The position numbers and the translations under genes were made by a program. Positions 54,289 through 64,000 of a stretch of DNA of 64,000 nt are shown in pieces. Below the pieces are notes generated by a model. It did not search any database. It was not told the DNA's origin and was given only the letters and a program-made list of their open reading frames with translations. The DNA is taken from NCBI GenBank assembly GCA_964495885.1, contig CAZBWO010000011.1:18933-82932 (forward strand), written 5' to 3'. Positions within the stretch are counted from its first letter, which is position 1. Each line of letters begins with the position of its first letter. Origin of the DNA: an uncultured Alteromonas sp. GTDB taxonomy: Bacteria; Bacteroidota; Bacteroidia; Flavobacteriales; Flavobacteriaceae.

Positions 54289-55254
54289 TTATTCCTTTTT
54301 CTTATTCAGGATGGGTAAAAGCACAAAGGATGTTACACCCGCAAGGATGATATAAAGGATATTGGACGTCCATACAATCCAGCCAAGGGCACTACCTGTG
54401 GTTTCCGGTATTCCGAAGATAAACAGGATTCCCGCAATGGCCAAAGGGTAATATCCCACGCCACTGTTAGTGAAAGCAAAGGCGAAACTTCCCACTACAA
54501 ATCCAATAATGACGGTGCCTATTTCAATTTGGGATGTCGCTTCCAATGCTTTTGTGGCAAAATAGAAAGATAATACATATAGTGCCCAAATCAATAAACT
54601 TTGAACGATAAACGCCCCTTTCTTTTGTATTTTGAAAATACTTAGGATTCCGTCTTTCAGCCCTAAAAGGAATTGATTAATTTTTATGATAATTGGACTT
54701 TTCAGTCGTTTCAAAAGCAAAATGATGATAAGAATACTGCCAACCCCAACGGCAAACAGTAATAGTAATTTCTTGAAAGGGATAAGGTTGTTGACATAGT
54801 TAAAGAGTTGCTCGAACTCTAGGGCAACAGCTACAATGGTAAATAGTAATAAAAAGATTAAGTCTATGATTCGTTCCGAAATAATAGTTCCGAAACCTTT
54901 ATCAAAAGGAATTTTCTCGTATTTTTTCATGACCATGGCCCGGGTCACCTCTCCGCTCTTCGGAATAAATAAGTTCATAAGATAGGCTACCGAAACAGCC
55001 AAAAACCTATTCAATAATCCAGGTTGGAACCCAAGCGGCTCTAGCATAAGCCCCCATCTGTGCGACCGGATGATATGGCTTGTAAGGCTCATCAATACCG
55101 AAAGTACTACAAAGGAATAATTTGCTTTTTCAAATTGAAGCTTCATCTCTTCCCATTGTTCTGGAGAGAATTTTGAGTAATAATACCATATAAGAAAAAC
55201 CCCTAAGGCAAGTGGCAAAAAGATTTGTAAAAACTTGGAAAGGGATTTTTTCAA
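54289..55254 (-). CDS. UPF0104 / lysylphosphatidylglycerol-synthase-TM-region family membrane protein
   Basis: 321 aa, about 8 TM. TTG start 2 nt after the panD stop. Confidence 0.75.
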   Translation of the reverse strand: MKKSLSKFLQIFLPLALGVFLIWYYYSKFSPEQWEEMKLQFEKANYSFVVLSVLMSLTSHIIRSHRWGLMLEPLGFQPGLLNRFLAVSVAYLMNLFIPKSGEVTRAMVMKKYEKIPFDKGFGTIISERIIDLIFLLLFTIVAVALEFEQLFNYVNNLIPFKKLLLLFAVGVGSILIIILLLKRLKSPIIIKINQFLLGLKDGILSIFKIQKKGAFIVQSLLIWALYVLSFYFATKALEATSQIEIGTVIIGFVVGSFAFAFTNSGVGYYPLAIAGILFIFGIPETTGSALGWIVWTSNILYIILAGVTSFVLLPILNKKKE

Positions 55255-55255
55255 A

Positions 55256-55606
55256 TTACCTTAAAAGGTTGTTTTCTTCATTGGGGAATACCAATGAGGG
55301 TTTGAATTTTTTTGCATCTTCCTTGCACATCATGGCATAGGTTATCAAGATGAGGATATCGCCTGGCGCCACTTTTCTTGCGGCAGCTCCGTTTAATGTT
55401 ATTTCCCCGCTTTTTCTTGGTCCCGGAATAGCATAGGTTTCAAGGCGTTCGCCGTTATTATTATTTACAATTTGCACTTTTTCACCTTCCACAATATTTG
55501 CTGCATCCATAAGATCTTCATCTATGGTTATACTTCCAATATAGTTGAGGTCTGCACCTGTTACCTTGACTCTATGAATTTTCGATTTTACTACAGTGAT
55601 CATCAT
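55256..55606 (-). CDS. panD: Aspartate 1-decarboxylase
   Basis: [29 protein letters not shown] includes the Gly-Ser self-processing site. Confidence 0.95.
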   Translation of the reverse strand: MMITVVKSKIHRVKVTGADLNYIGSITIDEDLMDAANIVEGEKVQIVNNNNGERLETYAIPGPRKSGEITLNGAAARKVAPGDILILITYAMMCKEDAKKFKPSLVFPNEENNLLR

Positions 55607-55618
55607 CCTGCAAAGATA

Positions 55619-56470
55619 TTAATTTAGTGCGATATTGTCTATTAATCGTACCTCCCCGGCAAAGACTGCAATAAAGCCGCGATAGGTGTTTCCTTTTCGC
55701 TTTCGAAGCGCAGATTTTAAGGTATGGATTGGTGCGATTTCAAAATATTCCAATTGTAAATGGGGATTTTGGGAGAATTCCTGATAAACCCATTCCCTTA
55801 GATTTGGAATGCTATTTTCTCGAAATTTATCTTTTACCGCTTTTAAGGTTTTGTAAATAAAAGCCGCTTCTTTAAATTGTTGCGGGGTAAGTCTTTTATT
55901 TCGTGAACTCATTGCGAGGCCGCTTTCTGTTCTGGCAATAGTGCAACCAACGATTTGAACGGGAAGTTTTTCTATTTCAACAAGTTTTCGCACGATCTGT
56001 AATTGCTGAAAATCCTTTTCTCCAAAATAGGCCCGGTCTGGGTTTAGCACCCTGAAAAAAAGATTCAATACCGTGCCCACTCCATCAAAATGACCCTCCC
56101 TAAATGCGCCTTCCATTTCATTTTCAATACCCCCAAAATCATAGGATGTTGAGACCACATCGTCTCCGTACAATTCATTAGGGGTAGGTGAGTAAATAAG
56201 AATATTTCCAGTGAGGGTATTCAGCAGAGATATATCATCCTCTAGGGTTCTGGGATATTTTTCTAAGTCTTCAGCATTATTAAACTGGGTTGGGTTTACA
56301 AAAATACTAACCACCACCGTGTCGTTTTCTTTCAGTGCTTTGGAAACTAAGGTAAGATGTCCTTTGTGAAGTGCCCCCATGGTTGCCACAAATCCAATTT
56401 TTTGGCCTTTTGCTTTGAGCGCCTTCAGTTTTTCCTGAATATCATTTTTTTGGGTATATATCATCTCCAT
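55619..56470 (-). CDS. panC: Pantoate--beta-alanine ligase
   Basis: ...GFVATMGALHKGHLTL... (HxGH) and ...FGEKDFQQL... Confidence 0.95.
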   Translation of the reverse strand: MEMIYTQKNDIQEKLKALKAKGQKIGFVATMGALHKGHLTLVSKALKENDTVVVSIFVNPTQFNNAEDLEKYPRTLEDDISLLNTLTGNILIYSPTPNELYGDDVVSTSYDFGGIENEMEGAFREGHFDGVGTVLNLFFRVLNPDRAYFGEKDFQQLQIVRKLVEIEKLPVQIVGCTIARTESGLAMSSRNKRLTPQQFKEAAFIYKTLKAVKDKFRENSIPNLREWVYQEFSQNPHLQLEYFEIAPIHTLKSALRKRKGNTYRGFIAVFAGEVRLIDNIALN

Positions 56471-56520
56471 TGAAAATCGAGCAAAATTAAGATATTACGG
56501 GGAATCTGCATAAATTTTCG

Positions 56521-56528
56521 TAATTTTG
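56521..56528 (+). promoter_or_regulatory. Candidate -7 box (TAnnTTTG)
   Basis: TAATTTTG lies 39 nt upstream of the 56567 ATG in the panC/glgA-like divergent region. Confidence 0.3.
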
Positions 56529-56566
56529 CACCGTTTTAAACAACGAGCCAGTAAAGTTTTGTATTT

Positions 56567-57376
56567 ATGAAAGATAAAAGAATCTTGTATGTGTCTTCTG
56601 AAGTAATCCCTTACCTGCCAGAGACCGAGATTTCTTCCATGTCGTTTGAAGCCCCCCGAATGGTTAACAACAACAACGGGCAAATTAGAATCTTCATGCC
56701 GCGTTATGGAAACATTAATGAACGTAGACATCAATTGCATGAAGTCATTAGGCTATCTGGGATGAACTTGGTTATAAATGACCTGGACATGCCTTTGATT
56801 ATTAAGGTAGCCTCTATTCCGAAAGAGCGTATGCAGGTATATTTTATTGATAACGAAGATTACTTCAAGCGGAAAGCTACCTACGCAGATGAAGATGGAA
56901 CGCTATTTCCAGATAATGACGAAAGAGCTATTTTCTTTGCAAAAGGGGTCATTGAAACTGTGAAAAAATTGAACTGGTCCCCAGATATTATTCATGTACA
57001 TGGATGGTTGGCTTCTTTTCTTCCACTGTATCTAAAAACCTATTATGCAAATGAGCCACTATTTGAAAATAGTAAAATAGTGACCTCTCTATACAATCAA
57101 GGCTTTGAAGGAACGTTAGATAAGGAGTTGTCTAAAAAAATAATGTTTGATGGAGTAGAAGATGATTTGGTGGCTCACCTTGAGAATCCAAACTACTTTA
57201 ATGTCATGAAAACTGCAATGGAACATTCAGATGCAGTAATTGTTGGTTCTGCGGAAATGGCCTCAGAGTTTGAAACTTATCTTAAGGCGTATGATAAGCC
57301 TGTGTTAAAGTTTCATAATAAAGAGGAATTTTCAGAAGCATATTTAGATTTTTACCGATCTAAAGTATTGTCATAA
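56567..57376 (+). CDS. Short glycogen/starch-synthase-like protein (N-terminal GT5 half only)
   Basis: 269 aa. The N-terminus RILYVSSEVIPYLPETE resembles GlgA, but the K-T-G-G-L motif is absent and there is no C-terminal GT1 domain. Confidence 0.75.
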   Translation: MKDKRILYVSSEVIPYLPETEISSMSFEAPRMVNNNNGQIRIFMPRYGNINERRHQLHEVIRLSGMNLVINDLDMPLIIKVASIPKERMQVYFIDNEDYFKRKATYADEDGTLFPDNDERAIFFAKGVIETVKKLNWSPDIIHVHGWLASFLPLYLKTYYANEPLFENSKIVTSLYNQGFEGTLDKELSKKIMFDGVEDDLVAHLENPNYFNVMKTAMEHSDAVIVGSAEMASEFETYLKAYDKPVLKFHNKEEFSEAYLDFYRSKVLS

Positions 57377-57392
57377 AAAATTGCCGAAAAGC

Positions 57393-59006
57393 ATGAAGAG
57401 GTCCGTGTTACTCCCAAAATTGGGAATTATTTTATTACTTATCCTAGGCTTTGCCTCCTGTGAAGAGGATTTCAGTAATTTGGAAACTGAAATTATTGAA
57501 CAAAATTTTTCTACCGATGTTGACTCATCCAAAACGGTAATTGCATATAGTCTACCATTTTCAGGGGTACAAACTAATGGTTTGCCACTCTATCAAGTGG
57601 GGACCTATACTGATCCTTTCTACGGAAAGACTACAGTAAACCTACTTTCCCAATTATCTTTGGGATCTATAGATACCGATCCAGATTTTGGGGATTGCCC
57701 CGTATTGGATAGCGTAGTAATATACCTACCCTTTTTCAGCGAATCTGAAACAGTAGATGACGTAACCACCTATACACTAGATTCCATTTTTGGTTCCGAA
57801 CCTATCAATATCCAGATGTTCGAGTCTAATTATTTTCTTTCTCAAAATGACCCAAACACCTCTTTTGAAGACCCGCAAAATTACTATTCCAATCAGCGGA
57901 ATCTTTTCGAAAGTAACCTAGGGACCTTAATTACAACCATAGAAGATTTTACACCCAAGGCTGAAGCAATTGTATTGAACGATACGGTAACCTTGCCTCC
58001 AGGTTTGCGTGTTTCTTTGCCTGTTGAGTTCTTTCAAGAGAAAATTATGGATATGGGCGGCTCTACGGAATTATTGAACAATAATAACTTTAGGGAATAT
58101 TTTAGGGGAATCTATTTTAAAACCCAATCTGCTGCCGGAAACGGAAACCTTACGTTTTTTAACTTTGAAAACACAGACAATCCTCCTGGTATTACCTTAT
58201 ATTATACCTCTACAAACCTCGTTAGTGGTGAGACCTGTGAAGATTTTGATTCTGATACTTTTAATGAAGATGTGGAACTTCTCTTTAATGCGATTAGTGT
58301 AAATGTGTTTAATAATCAGGAATCTCCTTCAGGGAATTCGTCTTCAAATCCAAATACAGAAGAAGGGGAAGAGCGTCTTTTTCTTAGGGGTCAACAAGGA
58401 TATGTGACCGTGGTAGAGCTTTTTGGCAAGGAAGATAATCAACAAATTACAGAGGTAAATGGGGAGTCCTTCCTTACAGACGGGGCAAATGGTGTGCCAG
58501 ATGAGTTAGACGAACTAAGAATTAAAAAGTGGCTTATAAATGAGGCAAACTTAGTATTCTATGTAGATCAGCAACAAGTTAACGGAGGAGCTACAGAACC
58601 CGAAAGAATTATCATTTTTGACACAAAAAACAATACAGTTCTGGCAGATTACGCATTAGATCTAACGGGGAATAATACAGATGTAGACGCGGTAACAGAG
58701 CATCTTGGTAGACTTGAACGTGGTAGCGACGGGCTTGGAGACTATTATAAAATAAAAATTACGACCCACCTAAGCAACCTTATCAATAAAGATTCCTCTA
58801 ATATACCGTTAGGGGTCATGATTTCCCAGAATGTGACTGAAACAGACTTCCAAAACTTGGAAAATGCTTTGCTGGATGATGAGTATCTTTCAGAAGTTCC
58901 AGCTACTAGTGTTATTTCTCCGGAAGGAACTGTATTGCACGGGAACCGCTCCTCTAATTTGGGGAAAAGACTTAAACTGAAAATTTATTATACCGAACCA
59001 GAATAA
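57393..59006 (+). CDS. DUF4270-like lipoprotein
   Basis: The track start 57381 is TTG. ATG 57393 gives MKRSVLLPKLGIILLLILGFASC (lipobox). The family is assigned from memory of the conserved position next to the short GlgA-like gene. Confidence 0.55.
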   Translation: MKRSVLLPKLGIILLLILGFASCEEDFSNLETEIIEQNFSTDVDSSKTVIAYSLPFSGVQTNGLPLYQVGTYTDPFYGKTTVNLLSQLSLGSIDTDPDFGDCPVLDSVVIYLPFFSESETVDDVTTYTLDSIFGSEPINIQMFESNYFLSQNDPNTSFEDPQNYYSNQRNLFESNLGTLITTIEDFTPKAEAIVLNDTVTLPPGLRVSLPVEFFQEKIMDMGGSTELLNNNNFREYFRGIYFKTQSAAGNGNLTFFNFENTDNPPGITLYYTSTNLVSGETCEDFDSDTFNEDVELLFNAISVNVFNNQESPSGNSSSNPNTEEGEERLFLRGQQGYVTVVELFGKEDNQQITEVNGESFLTDGANGVPDELDELRIKKWLINEANLVFYVDQQQVNGGATEPERIIIFDTKNNTVLADYALDLTGNNTDVDAVTEHLGRLERGSDGLGDYYKIKITTHLSNLINKDSSNIPLGVMISQNVTETDFQNLENALLDDEYLSEVPATSVISPEGTVLHGNRSSNLGKRLKLKIYYTEPE

Positions 59007-59008
59007 TT

Positions 59009-60856
59009 ATGTGTGGCATTGTTGGATATATTGGAAAAAGGGAGGCATACCCAATCATCCTCAACGGACTTAAAAGACTTGAGTATAGAGGTTATGATAG
59101 TGCAGGAGTGGCTTTATATGACGGAACTGAAATTCAGCTTTGCAAAACACAAGGTAAAGTAAGTGATTTAGAAGAAAAGGTTACCTCCAATATCTCTACT
59201 AAAGGTTCTTTAGGAATTGGGCACACCCGATGGGCGACACATGGTGTACCCAATGATGTGAATTCACACCCTCACTATTCCAATAGCGGAAATTTGGTTA
59301 TTATCCATAATGGGATCATCGAAAATTACTCTTCCATTAAAAAAGCCCTTGAAAAGCGTGGCTACGAATTTGAAAGTGATACAGACACCGAAGTACTTAT
59401 CAATCTCATAGAAGAGGTAAAAAAAGAGGAAGGTGTTAAATTAGGGAAAGCAGTACAAATTGCCCTCAATCAAGTAGTAGGTGCATATGCAATTGCTGTA
59501 TTTGATAAAAATAAACCAGATGAAATCGTTGTTGCAAAACTAGGAAGTCCGCTCGCCATTGGAATTGGTGAAGATGAATTCTTTATTGCCAGCGATGCAA
59601 CTCCTTTCATTGAATTTACCAAAAGCGCCATCTATTTGGAAGATGAAGAAATGGCTATCGTGCGTTTAGGAAGGGAAGTTAGGGTGCGAAAAATCAAAAG
59701 CGACACCTTGGTAGATCCTTATATCCAGAAGCTTAAATTGAACCTTGAGCAGATAGAAAAAGGAGGGTATGAGCATTTTATGTTGAAGGAGATTTACGAA
59801 CAACCTTCCGTGATAAAAGATACCTACAGGGGAAGATTGCTTGCTAAAGATGGAATTATCAAATTGGGCGGACTTGAAGATCATATCCAGAAATTTGTCA
59901 ATGCCAATAGAATTATTATTGTAGCCTGTGGTACTTCCTGGCATGCTGGGCTTGTAGCAGAATATATCTTTGAAGACTGGGCACGAATCCCTGTGGAAGT
60001 GGAATACGCTTCCGAATTTCGATACAGAAATCCGGTTATTTCAGAAAAAGATGTGGTGATTGCTATTTCTCAGAGTGGAGAAACGGCAGATACGTTGGCC
60101 GCTATAAAATTGGCAAAACAGCGTGGTGCATTTGTCTACGGTGTATGCAATGTGGTTGGTTCTTCCATTTCAAGGGAAACCCATACGGGTACCTATACCC
60201 ACGCCGGACCAGAAATTGGGGTAGCTTCAACAAAGGCATTTACAACCCAGATTACAGTGCTTACCATGATTGCTTTGCGTTTGGCGAAGGAAAAGGGTAC
60301 CATTTCGCAACGCAACTATATGCAACACCTTCATGAATTGGAACTTATTCCAGAGCATGTTTCCGAAGCCTTGAAAAGTGATGAGAAAATTCAGGCGATC
60401 GCCGAAATTTTTAAGGATGCATCGAATTTTTTGTACTTAGGAAGAGGGTATAATTTCCCAGTCGCACTTGAGGGCGCCTTGAAATTGAAGGAGATTTCCT
60501 ATATCCATGCAGAAGGATATCCCGCTGCTGAAATGAAACATGGCCCAATTGCACTTATTGATGAACAGATGCCAGTAGTGGTGATTGCTGTGAATAGCAA
60601 TCATTATGAAAAGGTGGTGAGCAATATTGAAGAAATCAAAGCTCGTGAAGGGAAAATCATTGCGGTAGTTACAGAGGGAGATACCACTGTAAAAGAACTT
60701 GCAGATTACATCATGGAAGTGCCTAAAACCACCGAAACCTTAAGTCCGTTGGTAACCACTATTCCGCTCCAGCTTTTATCCTATCATATCGCTGTAATGC
60801 TAGGCAAAAATGTAGATCAGCCTAGAAATTTGGCGAAGTCGGTGACGGTAGAGTAA
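59009..60856 (+). CDS. glmS: Glutamine--fructose-6-phosphate aminotransferase
   Basis: MCGIVGY N-terminal nucleophile, two SIS domains and the C-terminal ...PRNLAKSVTVE. Confidence 0.97.
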   Translation: MCGIVGYIGKREAYPIILNGLKRLEYRGYDSAGVALYDGTEIQLCKTQGKVSDLEEKVTSNISTKGSLGIGHTRWATHGVPNDVNSHPHYSNSGNLVIIHNGIIENYSSIKKALEKRGYEFESDTDTEVLINLIEEVKKEEGVKLGKAVQIALNQVVGAYAIAVFDKNKPDEIVVAKLGSPLAIGIGEDEFFIASDATPFIEFTKSAIYLEDEEMAIVRLGREVRVRKIKSDTLVDPYIQKLKLNLEQIEKGGYEHFMLKEIYEQPSVIKDTYRGRLLAKDGIIKLGGLEDHIQKFVNANRIIIVACGTSWHAGLVAEYIFEDWARIPVEVEYASEFRYRNPVISEKDVVIAISQSGETADTLAAIKLAKQRGAFVYGVCNVVGSSISRETHTGTYTHAGPEIGVASTKAFTTQITVLTMIALRLAKEKGTISQRNYMQHLHELELIPEHVSEALKSDEKIQAIAEIFKDASNFLYLGRGYNFPVALEGALKLKEISYIHAEGYPAAEMKHGPIALIDEQMPVVVIAVNSNHYEKVVSNIEEIKAREGKIIAVVTEGDTTVKELADYIMEVPKTTETLSPLVTTIPLQLLSYHIAVMLGKNVDQPRNLAKSVTVE

Positions 60857-60887
60857 GTTTCCGAAGCTATTTTCTTACATTTGGATT

Positions 60888-61631
60888 ATGGCGGATGTCA
60901 TAAATCTTATTTCGGGCCCTAGGAATATTTCCACAGCTCTCATGTATGCTTTTGCGCAACGTTCAGACCTTAAGGTGTTGGATGAGCCTTTTTATGGGTA
61001 TTATCTGCAATATGCTCGTCGAGGCACAAAGCATCCCTCCGAAAAGAATATCATACAATCTATGCCAACTGGCCTTGAAGAAATTGTTTCGGGGATTACT
61101 AAAATGACTTCGGAAGGTCACGTTTTTGTGAAAGGAATGGCACATCATTTTTTAACTGATGAACCTTCATTTATTCTTCCGTGGAAAAATGTAATCCTAA
61201 TTCGGCATCCTCAAAAATTAATTGCCTCTTTCGCAAAGGTCATTGAAAAACCAACCCTTTATGATATTGGCATTGAAAAGGCTACTAAACTTTTTGGGTA
61301 CTTAAAACAAAATCATAGGGAGCCGCTCGTAATTGAAAGTGATGAATTGTTGAAAAACCCTAGGCGATATCTTGAGCAAATTTGTATTGTATTACAAATC
61401 CCTTTTGATGAGAAGATGCTTTCATGGAAAAAAGGAGGTATCCCTGAAGATGGGATTTGGGCAAAACACTGGTACCATAATACCCATCAATCTACAGGTT
61501 TTATCAAATCTGAAACCGCTATGCCTCCTATTCCAAAAGGACTGGAACCCTTGTTGGAAGAGGCCATTCCCTTATATGAAACATTGTATAAAAAAGCACT
61601 AATAAACGATTCCTATGCTACAAAAGTTTGA
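60888..61631 (+). CDS. Sulfotransferase-like P-loop protein (function unknown)
   Basis: 247 aa. The N-terminal ...LISGPRNISTALMYAF... resembles a 5'-PSB loop variant. It overlaps the next gene by 17 nt. Confidence 0.55.
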   Translation: MADVINLISGPRNISTALMYAFAQRSDLKVLDEPFYGYYLQYARRGTKHPSEKNIIQSMPTGLEEIVSGITKMTSEGHVFVKGMAHHFLTDEPSFILPWKNVILIRHPQKLIASFAKVIEKPTLYDIGIEKATKLFGYLKQNHREPLVIESDELLKNPRRYLEQICIVLQIPFDEKMLSWKKGGIPEDGIWAKHWYHNTHQSTGFIKSETAMPPIPKGLEPLLEEAIPLYETLYKKALINDSYATKV

Positions 61632-62508
61632 CAGCCGTAATGCCCAAATTCAAGTTTTTATAAAAGACAGGCTTTATCCAAGGGAGGAAGCCAAAGTTTC
61701 GGTTTTTGATAGTGTAGTGCAAGGGGGTGATGCTGTTTGGGAAGGATTGCGTTTGTATCCAGAAGGAATTGTTTGCCTAGATAAGCACCTCAATAGATTG
61801 GAGGCATCAGCTAAAGCATTGGCTTTTTCAGATATTCCTTCCAAGGCATTCATAAAGAAGGCCCTTCGTCAAACGTTGGAAGCGAATGACATGAAGGATG
61901 AGGTTCATATTCGGCTAACCCTTACCCGAGGAGAAAAAATAACCAGCGGTATGGATCCTAGGTTGAATCAAAAAGGGGCTTGTCTAATTGTGTTGGCAGA
62001 ATGGAAACCGTTGGTGTACAATAATGATGATGGCATTGCGGTGATAAGTGTAAGTCAAAGGCGAAACGCTCCTCAATTTTTAGATAGTAAAATTCACCAT
62101 AATAATTTGCTAAATAATATTTTGGCGAAGATTCAAGCCAATGTTGCTGGAAAGGATGCCGCGCTAATGTTGGATGAACATGGTTTTGTTGCCGAACTTA
62201 ACGGCAGCAATCTTTTTATGATTAAGGATCAGAAAATATATACCCCTTTTGCACACGCTTGTTTGCCGGGTATCACAAGAGGAACCGTAATGGAGTTGTG
62301 TGAAAAACATTCCATTCCAATTATTGAAACAAACATTAGTTTGTCCCAATTATATTCTTCAGATGCCGTATTTGCAACCGGGACCATGGGGGAGCTTACG
62401 CCAGTGATAGAAATTGATGGAAGGCGTATTGGTAAAAATAATGCGCTATTAGGGGATATGATACGTATTTTCCGTAGTGAAATTAGAAATTTTTGCGAAG
62501 CTTTATAG
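61615..62508 (+). CDS. Class IV (fold-type IV) aminotransferase (branched-chain / D-amino-acid family)
   Basis: 297 aa. ...VSVFDSVVQGGDAVWEGLRLY... and ...PGITRGTVMEL... are class IV motifs. Confidence 0.85.
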   Translation: MLQKFDSRNAQIQVFIKDRLYPREEAKVSVFDSVVQGGDAVWEGLRLYPEGIVCLDKHLNRLEASAKALAFSDIPSKAFIKKALRQTLEANDMKDEVHIRLTLTRGEKITSGMDPRLNQKGACLIVLAEWKPLVYNNDDGIAVISVSQRRNAPQFLDSKIHHNNLLNNILAKIQANVAGKDAALMLDEHGFVAELNGSNLFMIKDQKIYTPFAHACLPGITRGTVMELCEKHSIPIIETNISLSQLYSSDAVFATGTMGELTPVIEIDGRRIGKNNALLGDMIRIFRSEIRNFCEAL

Positions 62509-62658
62509 TCCTTTAATGTGCGCTTTTATTTTAAATTTCAATTATTTAGGAGCTAATTAGGAAAGCTCTAATATAGAATTCCCAAAAAAAGTATGCTTAC
62601 ATAGAGATATCAGTAAAATTTATGCATATATTTAGACAATAATTAATCAAACTATAAT

Positions 62659-64000
62659 ATGAGAACGATTGTATTTATTTTTTGTTTGTGTTTTAGCATG
62701 GTAGCTTTCTCACAGACAACGGTAAGTGGGACCGTGGTAGATGAATCTAATGTGCCTGTTTTAGGGGCAAATGTGATTGTCGTAGGGACTTCTTCTGGAA
62801 CAGCCACAGATTATGATGGGAATTTCTCCCTACTGGTAGACCAAGACCCTCCATTTACATTGCAGATATCCAGTGTTGGATATGCCGGTCAGGATATTGA
62901 GGTGACATCAAATAACCAAACCCTGAATGTGATCCTTGTGGAAGGATCAGAATTGGATGAGGTGGTTATTTCTGCTTCCAGAACGCCAGAGCGTGTATTT
63001 GAATCTCCAGTGACCATTGAAAGAATGGGTATTAAGGAAATTAGAAATACAGCTTCTTCCGATTTTTATGATGGATTGGAAAACCTAAAAGGTGTAGATA
63101 TCAACACCAACAGTTTAACCTTTAAATCTATCAATACCCGTGGATTTGCAACTTTTGCCAATACAAGGTTTATGCAATTGGTAGATGGAATGGACAACGC
63201 GGCACCTGCCTTGAACTTTCCGTTAGGAAACTTGCTGGGTATGACCGAAACAGACGTACAGAGCGTAGAATTATTGCCCGGAGCGGCATCTGCATTGTAC
63301 GGTGCGAATGCCTTTAATGGTATTTTATTCATGCGTTCCAAAAGTCCTTTTGATCATCAAGGAATTAGTGTTTCCATTAAGCAGGGAATTACCAGTCAGG
63401 AAGCTGCTGGAGACAATCCGTATACCGATGTTGGAATCCGTGCTGGATATAAATTTAGTGAAAAGTTTGCCGCTAAGGTGAACTTCGGATTGCTAACAGG
63501 AACAGACTGGGCGGCTAATAATACTACCGATAAATTGAATCGTGGAATTGATAGAAGTGCCATAGATTATGATGGGGTGAATGTATATGGAGATGAGGTA
63601 AGTACCAATATTAAAGGAGTAGCCGAAGCTTTAGTGGGCTTGGGAATTCTTCCCAATGGTGCAGATGCTTTAGTGCCTTCTGTTAATGTAAGTAGGACAG
63701 GGTATAATGAAGCAGATCTTACCAATTATGACGCTGAAAGCATAAAAGCAGATTGGGGATTGTACTACCGTCCTTGGGGCAATGATTTCGAAATTGCTTA
63801 CGTAGGAAAAGTAGGAACAGGATCTACTATCTACCAAGGTGCCAACCGATACCAAATTGCCGATTTCTTTCTGCAACAGCATAAGCTGGAATTTAGAAAC
63901 AACAACTTCTTCGTGAGAGGATATATTACAGAAGATAAAGCTGGGAACAGTTATGATATGGTGTTTACGGGAATCAATATTAACCGTGCCTGGAAAGACG
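62659..64000 (+). CDS. TonB-dependent receptor, 5' part (runs off the window)
   Basis: Hand translation from ATG 62659 stays open to the window end. It reads MRTIVFIFCLCFSMVAFSQTTVSGTVVDESNVPVLGANVIV... (CarboxypepD_reg). The plug is ...ERVFESPVTIERMG...LPGAASALYGANAFNGILFM.... It is absent from the ORF track because it has no stop. Confidence 0.85.
   Translation, partial: MRTIVFIFCLCFSMVAFSQTTVSGTVVDESNVPVLGANVIVVGTSSGTATDYDGNFSLLVDQDPPFTLQISSVGYAGQDIEVTSNNQTLNVILVEGSELDEVVISASRTPERVFESPVTIERMGIKEIRNTASSDFYDGLENLKGVDINTNSLTFKSINTRGFATFANTRFMQLVDGMDNAAPALNFPLGNLLGMTETDVQSVELLPGAASALYGANAFNGILFMRSKSPFDHQGISVSIKQGITSQEAAGDNPYTDVGIRAGYKFSEKFAAKVNFGLLTGTDWAANNTTDKLNRGIDRSAIDYDGVNVYGDEVSTNIKGVAEALVGLGILPNGADALVPSVNVSRTGYNEADLTNYDAESIKADWGLYYRPWGNDFEIAYVGKVGTGSTIYQGANRYQIADFFLQQHKLEFRNNNFFVRGYITEDKAGNSYDMVFTGININRAWKD

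Noticed and set aside
56495-56740. 81-aa minus-strand ORF spanning the panC/glgA-like intergenic region
   Set aside because: It overlaps the glgA-like N-terminus in antisense. It would leave no promoter space for either flanking gene.

Overview
Dense, AT-rich chromosomal segment with about 60 genes and almost no non-coding space. It looks like a marine Flavobacteriaceae (Bacteroidota) genome. Supporting signs are T9SS C-terminal sorting domains, a PorZ-like protein, TonB-dependent receptors with CarboxypepD_reg-type N-termini, the short GlgA-like/DUF4270 pair, and TAnnTTTG-type -7 boxes. Most genes are housekeeping: gpsA, nadD, gmk, yicC, gdhA, recO, ppc, radA, panC, panD, glmS. No rRNA, tRNA, CRISPR array or intact mobile element was seen. 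Three accessory modules deserve attention. (1) 37.8-51.7 kb is a short-chain-acid (acetate/propionate) uptake and activation locus. It holds porin + small subunit + VC_2705-type Na+/solute symporter, a symporter-fused histidine kinase with its own tiny membrane partner and a receiver-only response regulator, tandem acs/prpE-like ligases, an orphan InsA-like Zn-ribbon/HTH protein, and an uncharacterised cNMP-CBS-DUF294 nucleotidyltransferase + DEDDh exonuclease pair. (2) 9.9-19.9 kb is a divergent cluster with no glycoside hydrolase and no SusC/D. It combines DUF1080 (x2), xylose-isomerase-like TIM barrels (x3), Gfo/Idh/MocA, a NupG-type permease and a Tat-exported GMC flavoprotein with its small subunit. 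This fits a two-compartment oxidative (3-keto) glycoside-cleavage route with unknown substrate. (3) A 13-14 nt LacI-type palindrome (CGAAAACGTTTTC) occurs upstream of both that cluster and gdhA, and no cognate regulator is encoded in the window. All family calls rest on motif recognition by eye. No BLAST or HMM search was possible. Several ORF-track starts are TTG/GTG and were moved to the nearest plausible ATG where noted.
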